Assembly: GCA_026391515.1 (NCBI GenBank)
Contig: JAPLEC010000435.1
Coordinates: 1-44,166, forward strand
From: Bacteroidia bacterium
Lineage (GTDB): Bacteria > Bacteroidota > Bacteroidia > Bacteroidales > VadinHA17
Direction of reading: 5' to 3'
DNA length: 44,166 nt
Position numbers and translations under genes: made by a program. This document shows positions 27,351 through 36,454 of the stretch, piece after piece. The notes beneath the pieces were generated by a model. It saw only the letters and a program-made list of their open reading frames with translations, was not told the origin of the DNA and did not search any database. How positions within the stretch are numbered: the stretch's first letter is position 1; every line of letters begins with the position of its first letter.

Positions 27351-27818
27351 TTATTTCTTTTGCATATAACCTTTAATAATCTCAACAATCTTTTCAGGAG
27401 TAAGCTCCGTATAAGGCATTTCATTAATCAGTATTGCAGGAGCTTTATGGCACCAGCCTATGCAGTTTGTTTCAATCAGGCTGAATTGCTTGTCAGAAGT
27501 TGTTTCGCCAACCGTGATTTTAAGAATATCTTCAAGGGTTTGAATGATTTCACCTTTGCCCTTCATCGAGCATGTTATTGTTTTACAAACTCTTATCACA
27601 TATTTTCCTCTGACATTTGTATCGAGAAAAGTATAAAATGATGCTGTTCCATAAACTTCAGCAGCTGAAATATCCAGCTCCTTCGCTACTTCAACCATGG
27701 CTTCATCGGTAAGATAATTATGTCTTTCGACTATACCCTGGAGTATAGGCATAAGACTCTCCCTTGCACGGCCATGCTTGTCGGATAGCTCCTTTACAAG
27801 ATTTCCTAGGTGGTACAT
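27351..27818 (-). CDS. hydC: [2Fe-2S] thioredoxin-like hydrogenase subunit (NuoE-like HydC)
   Basis: VYGTASFY, CKTITC, CIGWCHKAP. Confidence 0.92.
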   Translation of the reverse strand: MYHLGNLVKELSDKHGRARESLMPILQGIVERHNYLTDEAMVEVAKELDISAAEVYGTASFYTFLDTNVRGKYVIRVCKTITCSMKGKGEIIQTLEDILKITVGETTSDKQFSLIETNCIGWCHKAPAILINEMPYTELTPEKIVEIIKGYMQKK

Positions 27819-27881
27819 TTCTATCTGATTTTTAAGTAATTAATTAATATTTGGTCAACAATTAATAGCTTTTAAAAAGCG

Positions 27882-27899
27882 CCGTTAATTTAATAACAA
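27882..27899 (-). promoter_or_regulatory. Possible degenerate Rex operator upstream of hydC
   Basis: Minus strand TTGTTAT-TAAA-TTAACGG versus TTGTKAA-N4-TTMACAA, 63 nt before the ATG. Confidence 0.4.
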
Positions 27900-27958
27900 T
27901 ACTCCTGAAAAAAAACTTACAAATGTCATACTTTCTAATTTAGAATCAAACTAAACAA

Positions 27959-28101
27959 GTCTTGCTCCCTTTGGTCGCTGTCTGGCTCCTTTCAGTCGCC
28001 ATCTTACGCGCTTCGCTCATCGTCTTTATGTCCGCCAAATGGCGGACTGTCTTGCTCACGGAGTTTATCCCGCCCTAAGCGGGACGACAGACTTAAGACT
28101 T
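27959..28101. repeat. Cluster of GC-rich mini-palindromes in a GTCTT/AAGAC repeat backbone
   Basis: gtccgcca-aa-tggcggac (28030-28047), tcccgc-cctaa-gcggga (28068-28084), gctccctttggtcgc and ggctcctttcagtcgcc. Confidence 0.65.
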
Positions 28102-28156
28102 AATCAATTACATTCATTTCAGATGAATTGTTTATATTTAAGGATATTTTTCAACC

Positions 28157-29041
28157 ATGGATTACCAGTCAGTACTCAAAAACCTGAAACCGAATCATGA
28201 TTTCTTTATCGGGATCGATTCCGACGGTTGTGTCTTTGATTCCATGGAGGTAAAACAAAAAGAATTCTTTATTCCAAATGCGCTTAAATTCTTCAACCTT
28301 TTTCCAGTTTCAAAACCGCTTCGCGAAACATGGGAATTCGTAAACCTCTATTCCGTTTATCGCGGAGGCAACAGGTTCCCTGCAATGATCAAAGTTTTTG
28401 ATCTTCTTAGTGATCGGGATGAGATTAAAGAAACCGGATTTAAGCTCCCCGATTTGAGTGCATTAAAAGAATGGATAAGTATCGAAACTAAACTCGGGAA
28501 TTCAAATCTTAGGAAATATTTTGAGGAGAAAAATGTCAAATCACTGGAAGTTGTTCTGAAATGGTCCGAGTCCGTAAACAGGGATATAAGCGAATGGCTT
28601 CACGACATCCCTCCATTTTTTCATGCAATAAAAGCTATTGAAAGAATTTCTCAGATTGCAGACATTATTGTTGTATCCCAGACTCCGCTTGAAGCTCTCG
28701 ATCGCGAATGGCTTGAAAATGATATCAAAAAATATGTCAGGATGATAGCAGCACAGGAGCATGGAACAAAAGCAGAACATATAGCGGTTGCTGCTAAAGG
28801 CAAATATCCTGACGATAAAATTCTGCTAATAGGCGATGCATTTGGCGACATGTTAGCAGCACAAACCAACAATGTACTTTTCTATCCAGTAGTCCCGGGG
28901 CAAGAGGATCAGTCGTGGAAAAAGCTTCTGAATGAAGGACTTGAAAGGTTTCTCAATGGAACATTTGCAGGTTCTTATGAAGAGTCTTTAATGGCAGAGT
29001 TCAGAAAGGTTTTACCTATTACACCTCCGTGGAAGAGGTAG
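28157..29041 (+). CDS. HAD-superfamily hydrolase
   Basis: Motif I GIDSDGCVFD, VVSQT, GTK, IGDAFGD. Confidence 0.85.
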   Translation: MDYQSVLKNLKPNHDFFIGIDSDGCVFDSMEVKQKEFFIPNALKFFNLFPVSKPLRETWEFVNLYSVYRGGNRFPAMIKVFDLLSDRDEIKETGFKLPDLSALKEWISIETKLGNSNLRKYFEEKNVKSLEVVLKWSESVNRDISEWLHDIPPFFHAIKAIERISQIADIIVVSQTPLEALDREWLENDIKKYVRMIAAQEHGTKAEHIAVAAKGKYPDDKILLIGDAFGDMLAAQTNNVLFYPVVPGQEDQSWKKLLNEGLERFLNGTFAGSYEESLMAEFRKVLPITPPWKR

Positions 29042-29684
29042 AAAGAATCTGCTTACTTATCCATTTTATCCATTCTTTCAATCCGTTTCCCCTTGTGCAG
29101 GAAATCTCAAATAAGGGGACTTGTCCATTAATATTCTTTAAATCAGAATTAAAAGTCTCCCTTTTAAAATTTGTATATGGTATCAGGTCAATCTTATTTA
29201 ACAGAACTGCTTTCGCTTCTCTGAAAAGCATTGGATATTTGCCAGGTTTATCATCGCCTTCAGTGGTGCTGACTATTGCCAGTTTGAACGTTTCACCCAG
29301 ATCAAATTGAGACGGGCAGATGAGGTTGCCGACATTCTCTACAAACAAGACATCAAGGTCGTCAAGGTCAAATGAGTCAAGGACTTTTGAGATGCTGTGC
29401 GAATCAAGATGACAGCCGCCCTCAGTATTGATTACCACTATCGGGATGTTGTATTTCTTCAAACGCTGAGCATCCCTATCAGTTGTTATATCGCCTTCAA
29501 TTATCCCAATCCGGAATTTCTTATTCAATTCTTCACAGGTGCGTTCAAGCAAAGTTGTTTTCCCTGCGCCGGGTGAGCTTATTAAATTTACCATCAACAC
29601 TTTTTTAGCTACAAGTAAATTCCTCACTTCTCCTGCTTTGTTCTGGTTTCTGTCCAGAATATTCTTCATTATCTTGATTTCCAT
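29019..29684 (-). CDS. hypB: Hydrogenase nickel-insertion GTPase
   Basis: SSPGAGKTTL, GCHLD, ENVGNLICP, EGDDKPGKYP, NKID. Confidence 0.96.
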   Translation of the reverse strand: MEIKIMKNILDRNQNKAGEVRNLLVAKKVLMVNLISSPGAGKTTLLERTCEELNKKFRIGIIEGDITTDRDAQRLKKYNIPIVVINTEGGCHLDSHSISKVLDSFDLDDLDVLFVENVGNLICPSQFDLGETFKLAIVSTTEGDDKPGKYPMLFREAKAVLLNKIDLIPYTNFKRETFNSDLKNINGQVPLFEISCTRGNGLKEWIKWISKQILSTSSTEV

Positions 29685-29686
29685 TG

Positions 29687-30028
29687 CTACTCTCCTTCTA
29701 TACTTTTTATAAATAATTCTTTTCCATGAATGATTTCCAGGTCAGTTGACCTGCAATTAGCGCATACAAACCTATTTTCTTCCACCCCGAAATCGTTTCC
29801 GCACTTTTTGCAAATCATCTTTACAGAAACTATTTCAATATTTACTTCAGCATCCTGTGCGATTGTATTTCTTACTGTTTCGCTGAAAGCAAAAATAAAA
29901 ATATCAGGAACAATCTGCACCAGCACTCCAAAGCTGATATTCACCTTTGTCACCTTCGAAAGTTTCTCACGTTTCGCTGTTTCAAGCACGATGGCCGAGA
30001 GATCTTCTGCTATTCTTATTTCGTGCAT
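29687..30028 (-). CDS. hypA: Hydrogenase nickel metallochaperone
   Basis: N-terminal MHE, CKKC...CANC. Confidence 0.95.
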   Translation of the reverse strand: MHEIRIAEDLSAIVLETAKREKLSKVTKVNISFGVLVQIVPDIFIFAFSETVRNTIAQDAEVNIEIVSVKMICKKCGNDFGVEENRFVCANCRSTDLEIIHGKELFIKSIEGE

Positions 30029-30038
30029 AACTTATTTA

Positions 30039-31046
30039 TTAACAGATTCTTGGAAGCTGCGCTCCTGAAGGCATATCAAGAATACGTTTTCCTCCAACGG
30101 ATGTATTTAGCACTACAAGGTTTCTTTTATCCGGTACTATTTCTCCAAATATAGAAGAGAATGCTCCCAATGCATCAGACCTGAGAATTTCAAGCACTTT
30201 TTCTGCCTCCTCTGCACTAGTAACAATTAATAGCTTCCCTTCATTTGCAAGATAGAGTGGATCAAATCCAAGTATTTCACATACTCCTCTAACCGGATCA
30301 TCAACAGGTATTGACGCCTCATCAGCGATAATACCTGAATTTATCATCCCAGCCAGCTCATTCATAACACCAGCAAGACCTCCCCTGGTCAGGTCGCGCA
30401 TAAAATGAATCTCTTTGCAGCTTTTCAGAACACCCTCTATAAGATGGTTCAGCGATGCACAATCAGAAGTTACAGGAGTGGTGAAGCTGAGCTTGTTACG
30501 GGCCCCGGCGACAGCGATGGAATGATTCCCCAGCGGACCATTAATAATCAGCTTATCACCCGGTTTAATGCGTTTGCCGGTACTGATATGCTCCTGACTG
30601 TAATCAAGGATTCCTGTTCCGGAAGTCGTAATGAAAAGTCTGTCGCATTTTCCCTTTTCCACAACTTTCGTATCTCCTGTCACTATTTTCACTCCTGCGT
30701 TCGTTGCTTCATCAGCCATTGATTCTGCAATTGTGACAAGATCGTTTACAGGAAAACCCTCTTCAATAATAAATGAAGCTGCGATATATTTTGGTTCTGC
30801 ACCCGAAACTGCCAGGTCATTCACTGTACCACAGATGGCAAGCTTCCCAATGTTGCCACCGGGGAAAAATAGTGGATCAATAACATAGGAATCCGTAGTA
30901 AAAACCAGAGTTTTTCCCATCTCTTTAAGAATAGCAGAATCGGTTAAAGGCTCAGTCATTCCGAATTTCTTCACAAACACTTTTTTAATCAGTTCATGTG
31001 TCTGCTTGCCACCGCTTCCATGATTTAAAGAGATAAGATCATTCAT
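30039..31046 (-). CDS. hypE: Carbamoyl dehydratase
   Basis: HGSGG, TTDSY, GDTKVV, MRDLTRGG, C-terminal PRIC. Confidence 0.96.
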   Translation of the reverse strand: MNDLISLNHGSGGKQTHELIKKVFVKKFGMTEPLTDSAILKEMGKTLVFTTDSYVIDPLFFPGGNIGKLAICGTVNDLAVSGAEPKYIAASFIIEEGFPVNDLVTIAESMADEATNAGVKIVTGDTKVVEKGKCDRLFITTSGTGILDYSQEHISTGKRIKPGDKLIINGPLGNHSIAVAGARNKLSFTTPVTSDCASLNHLIEGVLKSCKEIHFMRDLTRGGLAGVMNELAGMINSGIIADEASIPVDDPVRGVCEILGFDPLYLANEGKLLIVTSAEEAEKVLEILRSDALGAFSSIFGEIVPDKRNLVVLNTSVGGKRILDMPSGAQLPRIC

Positions 31047-32128
31047 CTGACTATTTTGTATTTATACCATGTATTGCATGAACCTTCATTAGAAACCATA
31101 CATGCTCCTACAGGGTTTTCAGGGACACAAATATTTGCAAAGAGAGGACACTGCTCAGGTGTTTTCATTCCTCTCAGTATCTCCCCGCAGATGCACCGGC
31201 TGTCATCCTCCTTATAATCGATTGAAACAGGCACCTGAATATCAGCATTGAACTTTCCATAATTATTCTGCAAACGGAGTCCGCTGGATGGGATCACTCC
31301 AAATCCTCTCCAGATTGCATCACAAGGTTCGAAAACTTCTTTTAAATCTTTCTGAGCTATGGTATTCCCTTTCACTGTGACTGCACGTTTGTATTGTATC
31401 TCAACGAAAGGGGAACTGTTATTTACCTGGGTTATCAGCATCAGAATTGACTGCAATAAATCTGTCGGTTCAAAGCCGGTTATAACACAACCTATTTTAT
31501 ATTTCTCAGGGATGAAGCCGAAAATTGAAGAGCCTGTTATGGCAGCAACATGTCCCGGACAAATAAATCCATCAATATTAACTCCTTCACTTACAATAGC
31601 TTCCATTGCAGGAGGCATAATTTTATGAGCGCTAAGTACAAAGAAATTATTAATGTCCTCTTTATCAGCCTGCTTAACAGTGACTGCAGTTCCGGGAGCT
31701 GTTGTTTCAAAACCTATTGCCAGGAAGATAATTTTCTTATCTGGATTTGCTCTTGCGATCTCCAGCGCTTCAAGACCCGAAAAAACAACTCTTATATCTG
31801 CTCCTTTCACTCTCTTTTTTTCAAGTGAAGAAGCTGATCCGGGAACTCTTACCAGGTCTCCGAAAGTGGTTATGATCACATCCTCCATCTCAGAATAAGT
31901 AACAGCCTTATCAATGAAATCAGTACCTGTGACACAGACAGGGCAGCCAGGGCCTGAGATCAGCCTGATCTTTTCTGAAAGCAATGATGGAATGCCGAAT
32001 CTGTGTATCGCGGCCGTATGACCACCGCACACTTCCATAAAGGTATAATCGTGTATGACTGACTTATTTATCTGACTCGACAGATTCTCTATCAGATCCT
32101 TATCCCTGTATTCATCTATAAACTTCAT
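31043..32128 (-). CDS. hypD: Hydrogenase Fe(CN)2CO scaffold
   Basis: EVCGGH, GPGCPVC, GFETT, PGHV, GACMVS. Confidence 0.97.
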   Translation of the reverse strand: MKFIDEYRDKDLIENLSSQINKSVIHDYTFMEVCGGHTAAIHRFGIPSLLSEKIRLISGPGCPVCVTGTDFIDKAVTYSEMEDVIITTFGDLVRVPGSASSLEKKRVKGADIRVVFSGLEALEIARANPDKKIIFLAIGFETTAPGTAVTVKQADKEDINNFFVLSAHKIMPPAMEAIVSEGVNIDGFICPGHVAAITGSSIFGFIPEKYKIGCVITGFEPTDLLQSILMLITQVNNSSPFVEIQYKRAVTVKGNTIAQKDLKEVFEPCDAIWRGFGVIPSSGLRLQNNYGKFNADIQVPVSIDYKEDDSRCICGEILRGMKTPEQCPLFANICVPENPVGACMVSNEGSCNTWYKYKIVR

Positions 32129-32130
32129 AC

Positions 32131-32355
32131 TTATTCATTCAGGGTATCACTAATTTCTTTCAGTATCTTAAGTGTTTCAGCTGCCTCTTCTTCACTGATT
32201 TTCTGAATCGCAAATCCGGCATGGAGCAGTATATAATCTCCGACTTTTGCATTTTCGATCATATGCAAGCCTGCTTTAAATAAGCTTCCTCCGACAGAAA
32301 CTTCTGCCATGCTGCCATCGATCGACACAATCTTTGCTGGAATACTCAGACACAT
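32131..32355 (-). CDS. hypC: Hydrogenase maturation chaperone
   Basis: MCLSIP N-terminus, VGDYILLHAGFA. Confidence 0.96.
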   Translation of the reverse strand: MCLSIPAKIVSIDGSMAEVSVGGSLFKAGLHMIENAKVGDYILLHAGFAIQKISEEEAAETLKILKEISDTLNE

Positions 32356-34589
32356 TATCTTATTCGTTTTGAAGCGATTACAAGCTGACCAAGGGATATT
32401 CCTCCGTCATTTGGCGGCACCAGGCGATTAGTAAAAACTTTAAACTTGTTCCGGGTTAAAAGATATAAAGATTTTTCCAGAAGATATTTATTCTGAAAGA
32501 CCCCTCCTGAAAGAATTACTTTTTTGAGAGATGTCTCTGCTCTTATTTGCCTGGCCACTTCCAGAATTACCTGCGCAACAGTGTTATGAAATTTTGCTGA
32601 TATTATGGAGATCGTCTGTACTGGCAAATCATTTATAATTGCTTTCAGAGTTTCCGAAAATTCAATAGGTTTTTCTGCAATGAACGGATATATATCATCT
32701 GTTTTATCATTGATTGCCGACTCTAGCCTCATGGGAGCTTCAGAATCAAATGTGGCAACACTGCAAAGCCCGAGAATTGATGATACCGCATCAAAAAGAC
32801 GTCCCGCACCGGAAGACACTGGTGAATTCATTTTCATTTCCAGCATCTCCTTAACCATTTGTAGTTTCTTTTCATCAATTGAATTAAAAAGTGAAATTGA
32901 TTTAAAGTTAAAACTATTCTCAAAGTATTTATAAATATATGAAAAAGCTGTTCTCCATGGTTCATCAATTGCTTTATCACCACCGGGTAAAGCAATATTG
33001 TCGAAATGCGTGAAACGGCTGAAATCTTTCAGATCAGCAATAATAAACTCACCGCCCCATATATTTCCGTCTGAACCATAACCTGTTCCATCCAGACTGA
33101 TTCCAATAACTTTTTCATCGATCCCGAGTTCAGCCATGCATGATGCGATATGAGCATGATGGTGCTGAATCCTGAAAAGAGGTATTTTCAGTTCTTTTTC
33201 AAGAGCTTCAGCATATTGACCAGAAAGATAGTCAGGATGAAGATCACATGCAATGTATTTCGGCTTAAATCTGAAGAGTTTTGAAAACCGGTCAATTGCT
33301 TCGCTGAAGAAATCGTAGGTAGCAAGATTTTTCAGATCGCCTATGAACTGGCTCATTACAGCCTGGTTTCCTTTTCCGATGCAAAAGCTGTTTTTCTGTT
33401 CTGATCCAACTGCAAGTATACCTTCGACATTGCACTTAACTTCTACAGGACGTGGTACAAATCCTCTCGATCGACGTATCAGACTTTCTTTGTTGTTAAT
33501 TATTCTGATTACGGAATCATCAGTTCTGTTGAGTATCTGTCTGTTATAGCTCAGCAGAGAATCAGCAATCGGCATTAACTTTTTTTCAGCAAGCAGGTCA
33601 TCTGTAATTATCGGTTCATCCGAGATGTTGCCGCTGGTCAAAACAACTACTGGAGTTTTGAGCATCCTGAAAAGCATGTAATGGACAGGCATATAGGGAA
33701 GCATCGCTCCTATTGTGGTAAGTCCGTTGCTTACCTGCTCAGCTAATAATTTTTTCTGTCTAAGGATTAATATTGGTCTTCGCCATGATTTCAGCGCTTT
33801 TTCCTCTTCATCTTCAATGTAACAATACTTTTTGGCAGCATTTATACCTCTGAACATGACGGCAAAAGGCTTAGAATCTCTTTGTTTCTTTTGTCTTAGA
33901 TTTCTTACAGCATCGTTATTTAAAGCATCGCACATAAGATGATAACCTCCCAGACCTTTAATTGCTACTGTTTTTCCTGAAGATATCTGGACAGAAACCT
34001 CTTCGAGTATCTCCTTTATATTACTGAGGTTTTTCACAGGATCTTTATAACTGTAAACCGGTCCGCAGGAATTGCAGGCTATAGGCTGCGCGTGAAAGCG
34101 CCGGTCAAGGATGTCGTTATATTCCACGCTGCAGCTTTTACACATCCTGAAGCTTTTCATGGTAGTTTTTTGCCGGTCAAAAGGTAATTCTTCAATGATT
34201 GTAAAGCGAGGGCCGCAATTTGTACAATTAACAAAAGGGTAATCAATTCTTTCAGGATCTTTCTCCAGGTCATCAAGACAGTCCTGGCAGACAGCAATAT
34301 CTGGGCTCACTTCAGTAATCTGATTATCAAGTATTTTGCTTGCAACAATTTTGAAGCTATTAAATGCGGCTGATTGTATTTCGTTAATTTCTATCGATTT
34401 GATCTGTGATGCAGGAGGGGCATTCCGGAGAATATCATTGCTGAATTTATCGATCGTCTTAATATCGCCATTAACTATCACTCGAACACCATCGGTTCTG
34501 TTATCTACTTCTCCAAAGAGATCATATTTTGCGGCCATTCTGCAGATAAAAGGGCGGAATCCAACACCCTGAACCAGCCCTTTGATCAA
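32355..34589 (-). CDS. hypF: Carbamoyltransferase (5' end uncertain, see findings)
   Basis: GLVQGVGFRPF, zinc fingers CQDC/CTNCGPR/CKSC/CNSCGP, QHHHAH, DGTGYG, NDGGISLGQ. Confidence 0.95.
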   Translation of the reverse strand: MIKGLVQGVGFRPFICRMAAKYDLFGEVDNRTDGVRVIVNGDIKTIDKFSNDILRNAPPASQIKSIEINEIQSAAFNSFKIVASKILDNQITEVSPDIAVCQDCLDDLEKDPERIDYPFVNCTNCGPRFTIIEELPFDRQKTTMKSFRMCKSCSVEYNDILDRRFHAQPIACNSCGPVYSYKDPVKNLSNIKEILEEVSVQISSGKTVAIKGLGGYHLMCDALNNDAVRNLRQKKQRDSKPFAVMFRGINAAKKYCYIEDEEEKALKSWRRPILILRQKKLLAEQVSNGLTTIGAMLPYMPVHYMLFRMLKTPVVVLTSGNISDEPIITDDLLAEKKLMPIADSLLSYNRQILNRTDDSVIRIINNKESLIRRSRGFVPRPVEVKCNVEGILAVGSEQKNSFCIGKGNQAVMSQFIGDLKNLATYDFFSEAIDRFSKLFRFKPKYIACDLHPDYLSGQYAEALEKELKIPLFRIQHHHAHIASCMAELGIDEKVIGISLDGTGYGSDGNIWGGEFIIADLKDFSRFTHFDNIALPGGDKAIDEPWRTAFSYIYKYFENSFNFKSISLFNSIDEKKLQMVKEMLEMKMNSPVSSGAGRLFDAVSSILGLCSVATFDSEAPMRLESAINDKTDDIYPFIAEKPIEFSETLKAIINDLPVQTISIISAKFHNTVAQVILEVARQIRAETSLKKVILSGGVFQNKYLLEKSLYLLTRNKFKVFTNRLVPPNDGGISLGQLVIASKRIR

Positions 34590-35269
34590 TATTTCATATC
34601 CTTGTATAATAGCTCGAGGTTTTTAAGTCCGTCAACTTTTATCTGTTTGTGAACATAATAGATAACGCTTTCAAGCTCATCGCATAGATTCACATTACTA
34701 ATAATAACATCCTGCGGTACTTTCAGAAGAACAGGAGCAAAATTCACAATACCTTTAATTCCATGTCTTATAAGCTTATCAGCGACCTCCTGCGCAGATA
34801 TTTCGGGGACAGCCAGGATTGCCACTTTTACTCTGAACCTGTCGACAATTTCCTTTAACCGGTCCATGGAATATACCGGGATATCAGACCTTTGCTTTTG
34901 TTTGAAAGGATCAATGTCGAAAGTCGCAACAATATTCATATTGCGTTGAACAAACTTACTGTATTTCGACAGGGCAAGACCAAGGTTACCCATTCCTATA
35001 AGAACTAAATTGTGATCTTTGTTGCGATGGAAAATTTTTTCCATCTTTTCAAGAAGATCATTAATATCATATCCTCCCCGTTTATTCCCTTTTATGCCGA
35101 ACTCTGAAAAATCTTTTCTGACCTGTTCGGATGTCACACCGGTCTCATTTGCAAGCGTGTATGAGAAGACCTTTTCGACTCCCATAAGCCTTAGTCTGAC
35201 CAGGCATGCCCGGTAAAGAAAAATTCTTTTCAGGCTGTTTTTTATTATATATTTTGTGATTTGTTTCAC
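34586..35269 (-). CDS. rex: Redox-sensing transcriptional repressor
   Basis: SEQVRKDFSEFG..G..GGY DNA-binding segment, GMGNLG Rossmann motif, IVNFAP. Confidence 0.93.
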   Translation of the reverse strand: MKQITKYIIKNSLKRIFLYRACLVRLRLMGVEKVFSYTLANETGVTSEQVRKDFSEFGIKGNKRGGYDINDLLEKMEKIFHRNKDHNLVLIGMGNLGLALSKYSKFVQRNMNIVATFDIDPFKQKQRSDIPVYSMDRLKEIVDRFRVKVAILAVPEISAQEVADKLIRHGIKGIVNFAPVLLKVPQDVIISNVNLCDELESVIYYVHKQIKVDGLKNLELLYKDMKY

Positions 35270-35271
35270 AT
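35254..35271. promoter_or_regulatory. Rex operator overlapping the rex GTG start
   Basis: TTGTGAT-TTGT-TTCACAT, 12/14 match to TTGTGAA-N4-TTCACAA. Confidence 0.75.
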
Positions 35272-35436
35272 CAATTTCTATTAATATAAATTTTTATGCA
35301 AGTTAGTTATTTATTATTTAATAGAAAATACATTGTATGTACTTGATATATAATAATTTAATAAGCTTATTATTTTAATCGTGAATAAAATATGAGGGAT
35401 TATATTGTTATTTATTTATTATGATATTATATTTAT

Positions 35437-35454
35437 ATGTGAATCTTCTCACAT
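35437..35454. promoter_or_regulatory. Rex operator 2 nt upstream of the hydrogenase operon ATG
   Basis: ATGTGAA-TCTT-CTCACAT, palindromic, 11/14 match to consensus. Confidence 0.75.
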
Positions 35455-35456
35455 AA

Positions 35457-36446
35457 ATGCAATATAAAAGCATAAGAAAAGAAGAGTGGGACAAAGCCTT
35501 AGAGGAGCTTTCCGAATCCCATACTATTTTTGCAAACGTCAGCAATGATTTCGGGCAGGACTATGAACTGATGAGACCTGCTGATATTATAAGAATCATA
35601 TATAACAAACCTAAACCTGCAACATCTCTTAAGAGTTTCTTCCTGCCTGTCAAAGAAAATGTAACTTCAGACAGAAAAGGTGGAAAGCCAAGAATTATTA
35701 TCGGAGTGCCAAACTGCGATATCGAAGGAATATGTTTGCTGGATGAGATATATCTCGATAAGGATTTTAATGATATTTTTTACAGGAAGCGCCGTGAGGA
35801 AACACTGTTGATTTCATCAGATTGTTTTGGTATTCAGGAGCATTGTCATTGTCTTTCTTATGGCTTTAAGCCTTATTCAACAAGTAATGCTGACCTGGCA
35901 ATAATCCACCTTAATGAATTGATTATCTTCAGGATAATAACCGAAAAGGGGTCCGATTTCATTAATAAAATCCCGTCAGCAACACCACTTGACGATAAAG
36001 AAATTCTATCGGCTATTGAAAAAGAGCATCTTGCAACTGAATCGTTGCTTTCAACAGCAAACAAAGGATTACCGGATTATAAGACGACCGGTAAGATCGT
36101 CGCTGAAGCAAAAAATGAAACCTGGAATAAGTATTCTTCCCATTGTGTTTCATGTGGTGCCTGTGCAACTATCTGTCCGACATGCACCTGCTTTCTTTTG
36201 ATTGATAAGCCGGGATTTGAAAAAGTAAAACAGCTGGATGCCTGCCAATACCCTGGTTTTGAAAGGGTTGCGGGAGGAGAAGATGCTTTGTTCGAACTTC
36301 AGAACCGCTTCAGAAACAGGTATATGTGTAAATATGTATGGAAGCCTGAAAAATTTAAATCGCTTGCCTGTACAGGTTGCGGACGATGTATCGAAGCATG
36401 TATAGGTAAAATAAACAAGAACGAACTTTTTATGGAATTTGCTTAA
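35457..36446 (+). CDS. AsrA / sulfhydrogenase beta-like 4Fe-4S dicluster protein
   Basis: GVPNCD, HCHC, CVSCGACATICPTCTCF, CTGCGRCIEAC. Confidence 0.88.
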   Translation: MQYKSIRKEEWDKALEELSESHTIFANVSNDFGQDYELMRPADIIRIIYNKPKPATSLKSFFLPVKENVTSDRKGGKPRIIIGVPNCDIEGICLLDEIYLDKDFNDIFYRKRREETLLISSDCFGIQEHCHCLSYGFKPYSTSNADLAIIHLNELIIFRIITEKGSDFINKIPSATPLDDKEILSAIEKEHLATESLLSTANKGLPDYKTTGKIVAEAKNETWNKYSSHCVSCGACATICPTCTCFLLIDKPGFEKVKQLDACQYPGFERVAGGEDALFELQNRFRNRYMCKYVWKPEKFKSLACTGCGRCIEACIGKINKNELFMEFA

Positions 36447-36454
36447 CAATTTGT

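Noticed and set aside
27338-27424. hydB start at 27424
   Set aside because: Overlaps hydC out of frame; ATG 27337 follows the hydC stop by 13 nt
26177-27818. Complex I nuoE/nuoF or an electron-bifurcating HydABC
   Set aside because: Co-transcribed with an H-cluster subunit, so not complex I; HydB lacks the extra clusters and residues of bifurcating enzymes
27959-28101. tRNA or riboswitch in the GC-rich intergenic patch
   Set aside because: No cloverleaf, T-loop or known aptamer motif; explained by clustered mini-palindromes also found elsewhere in the window
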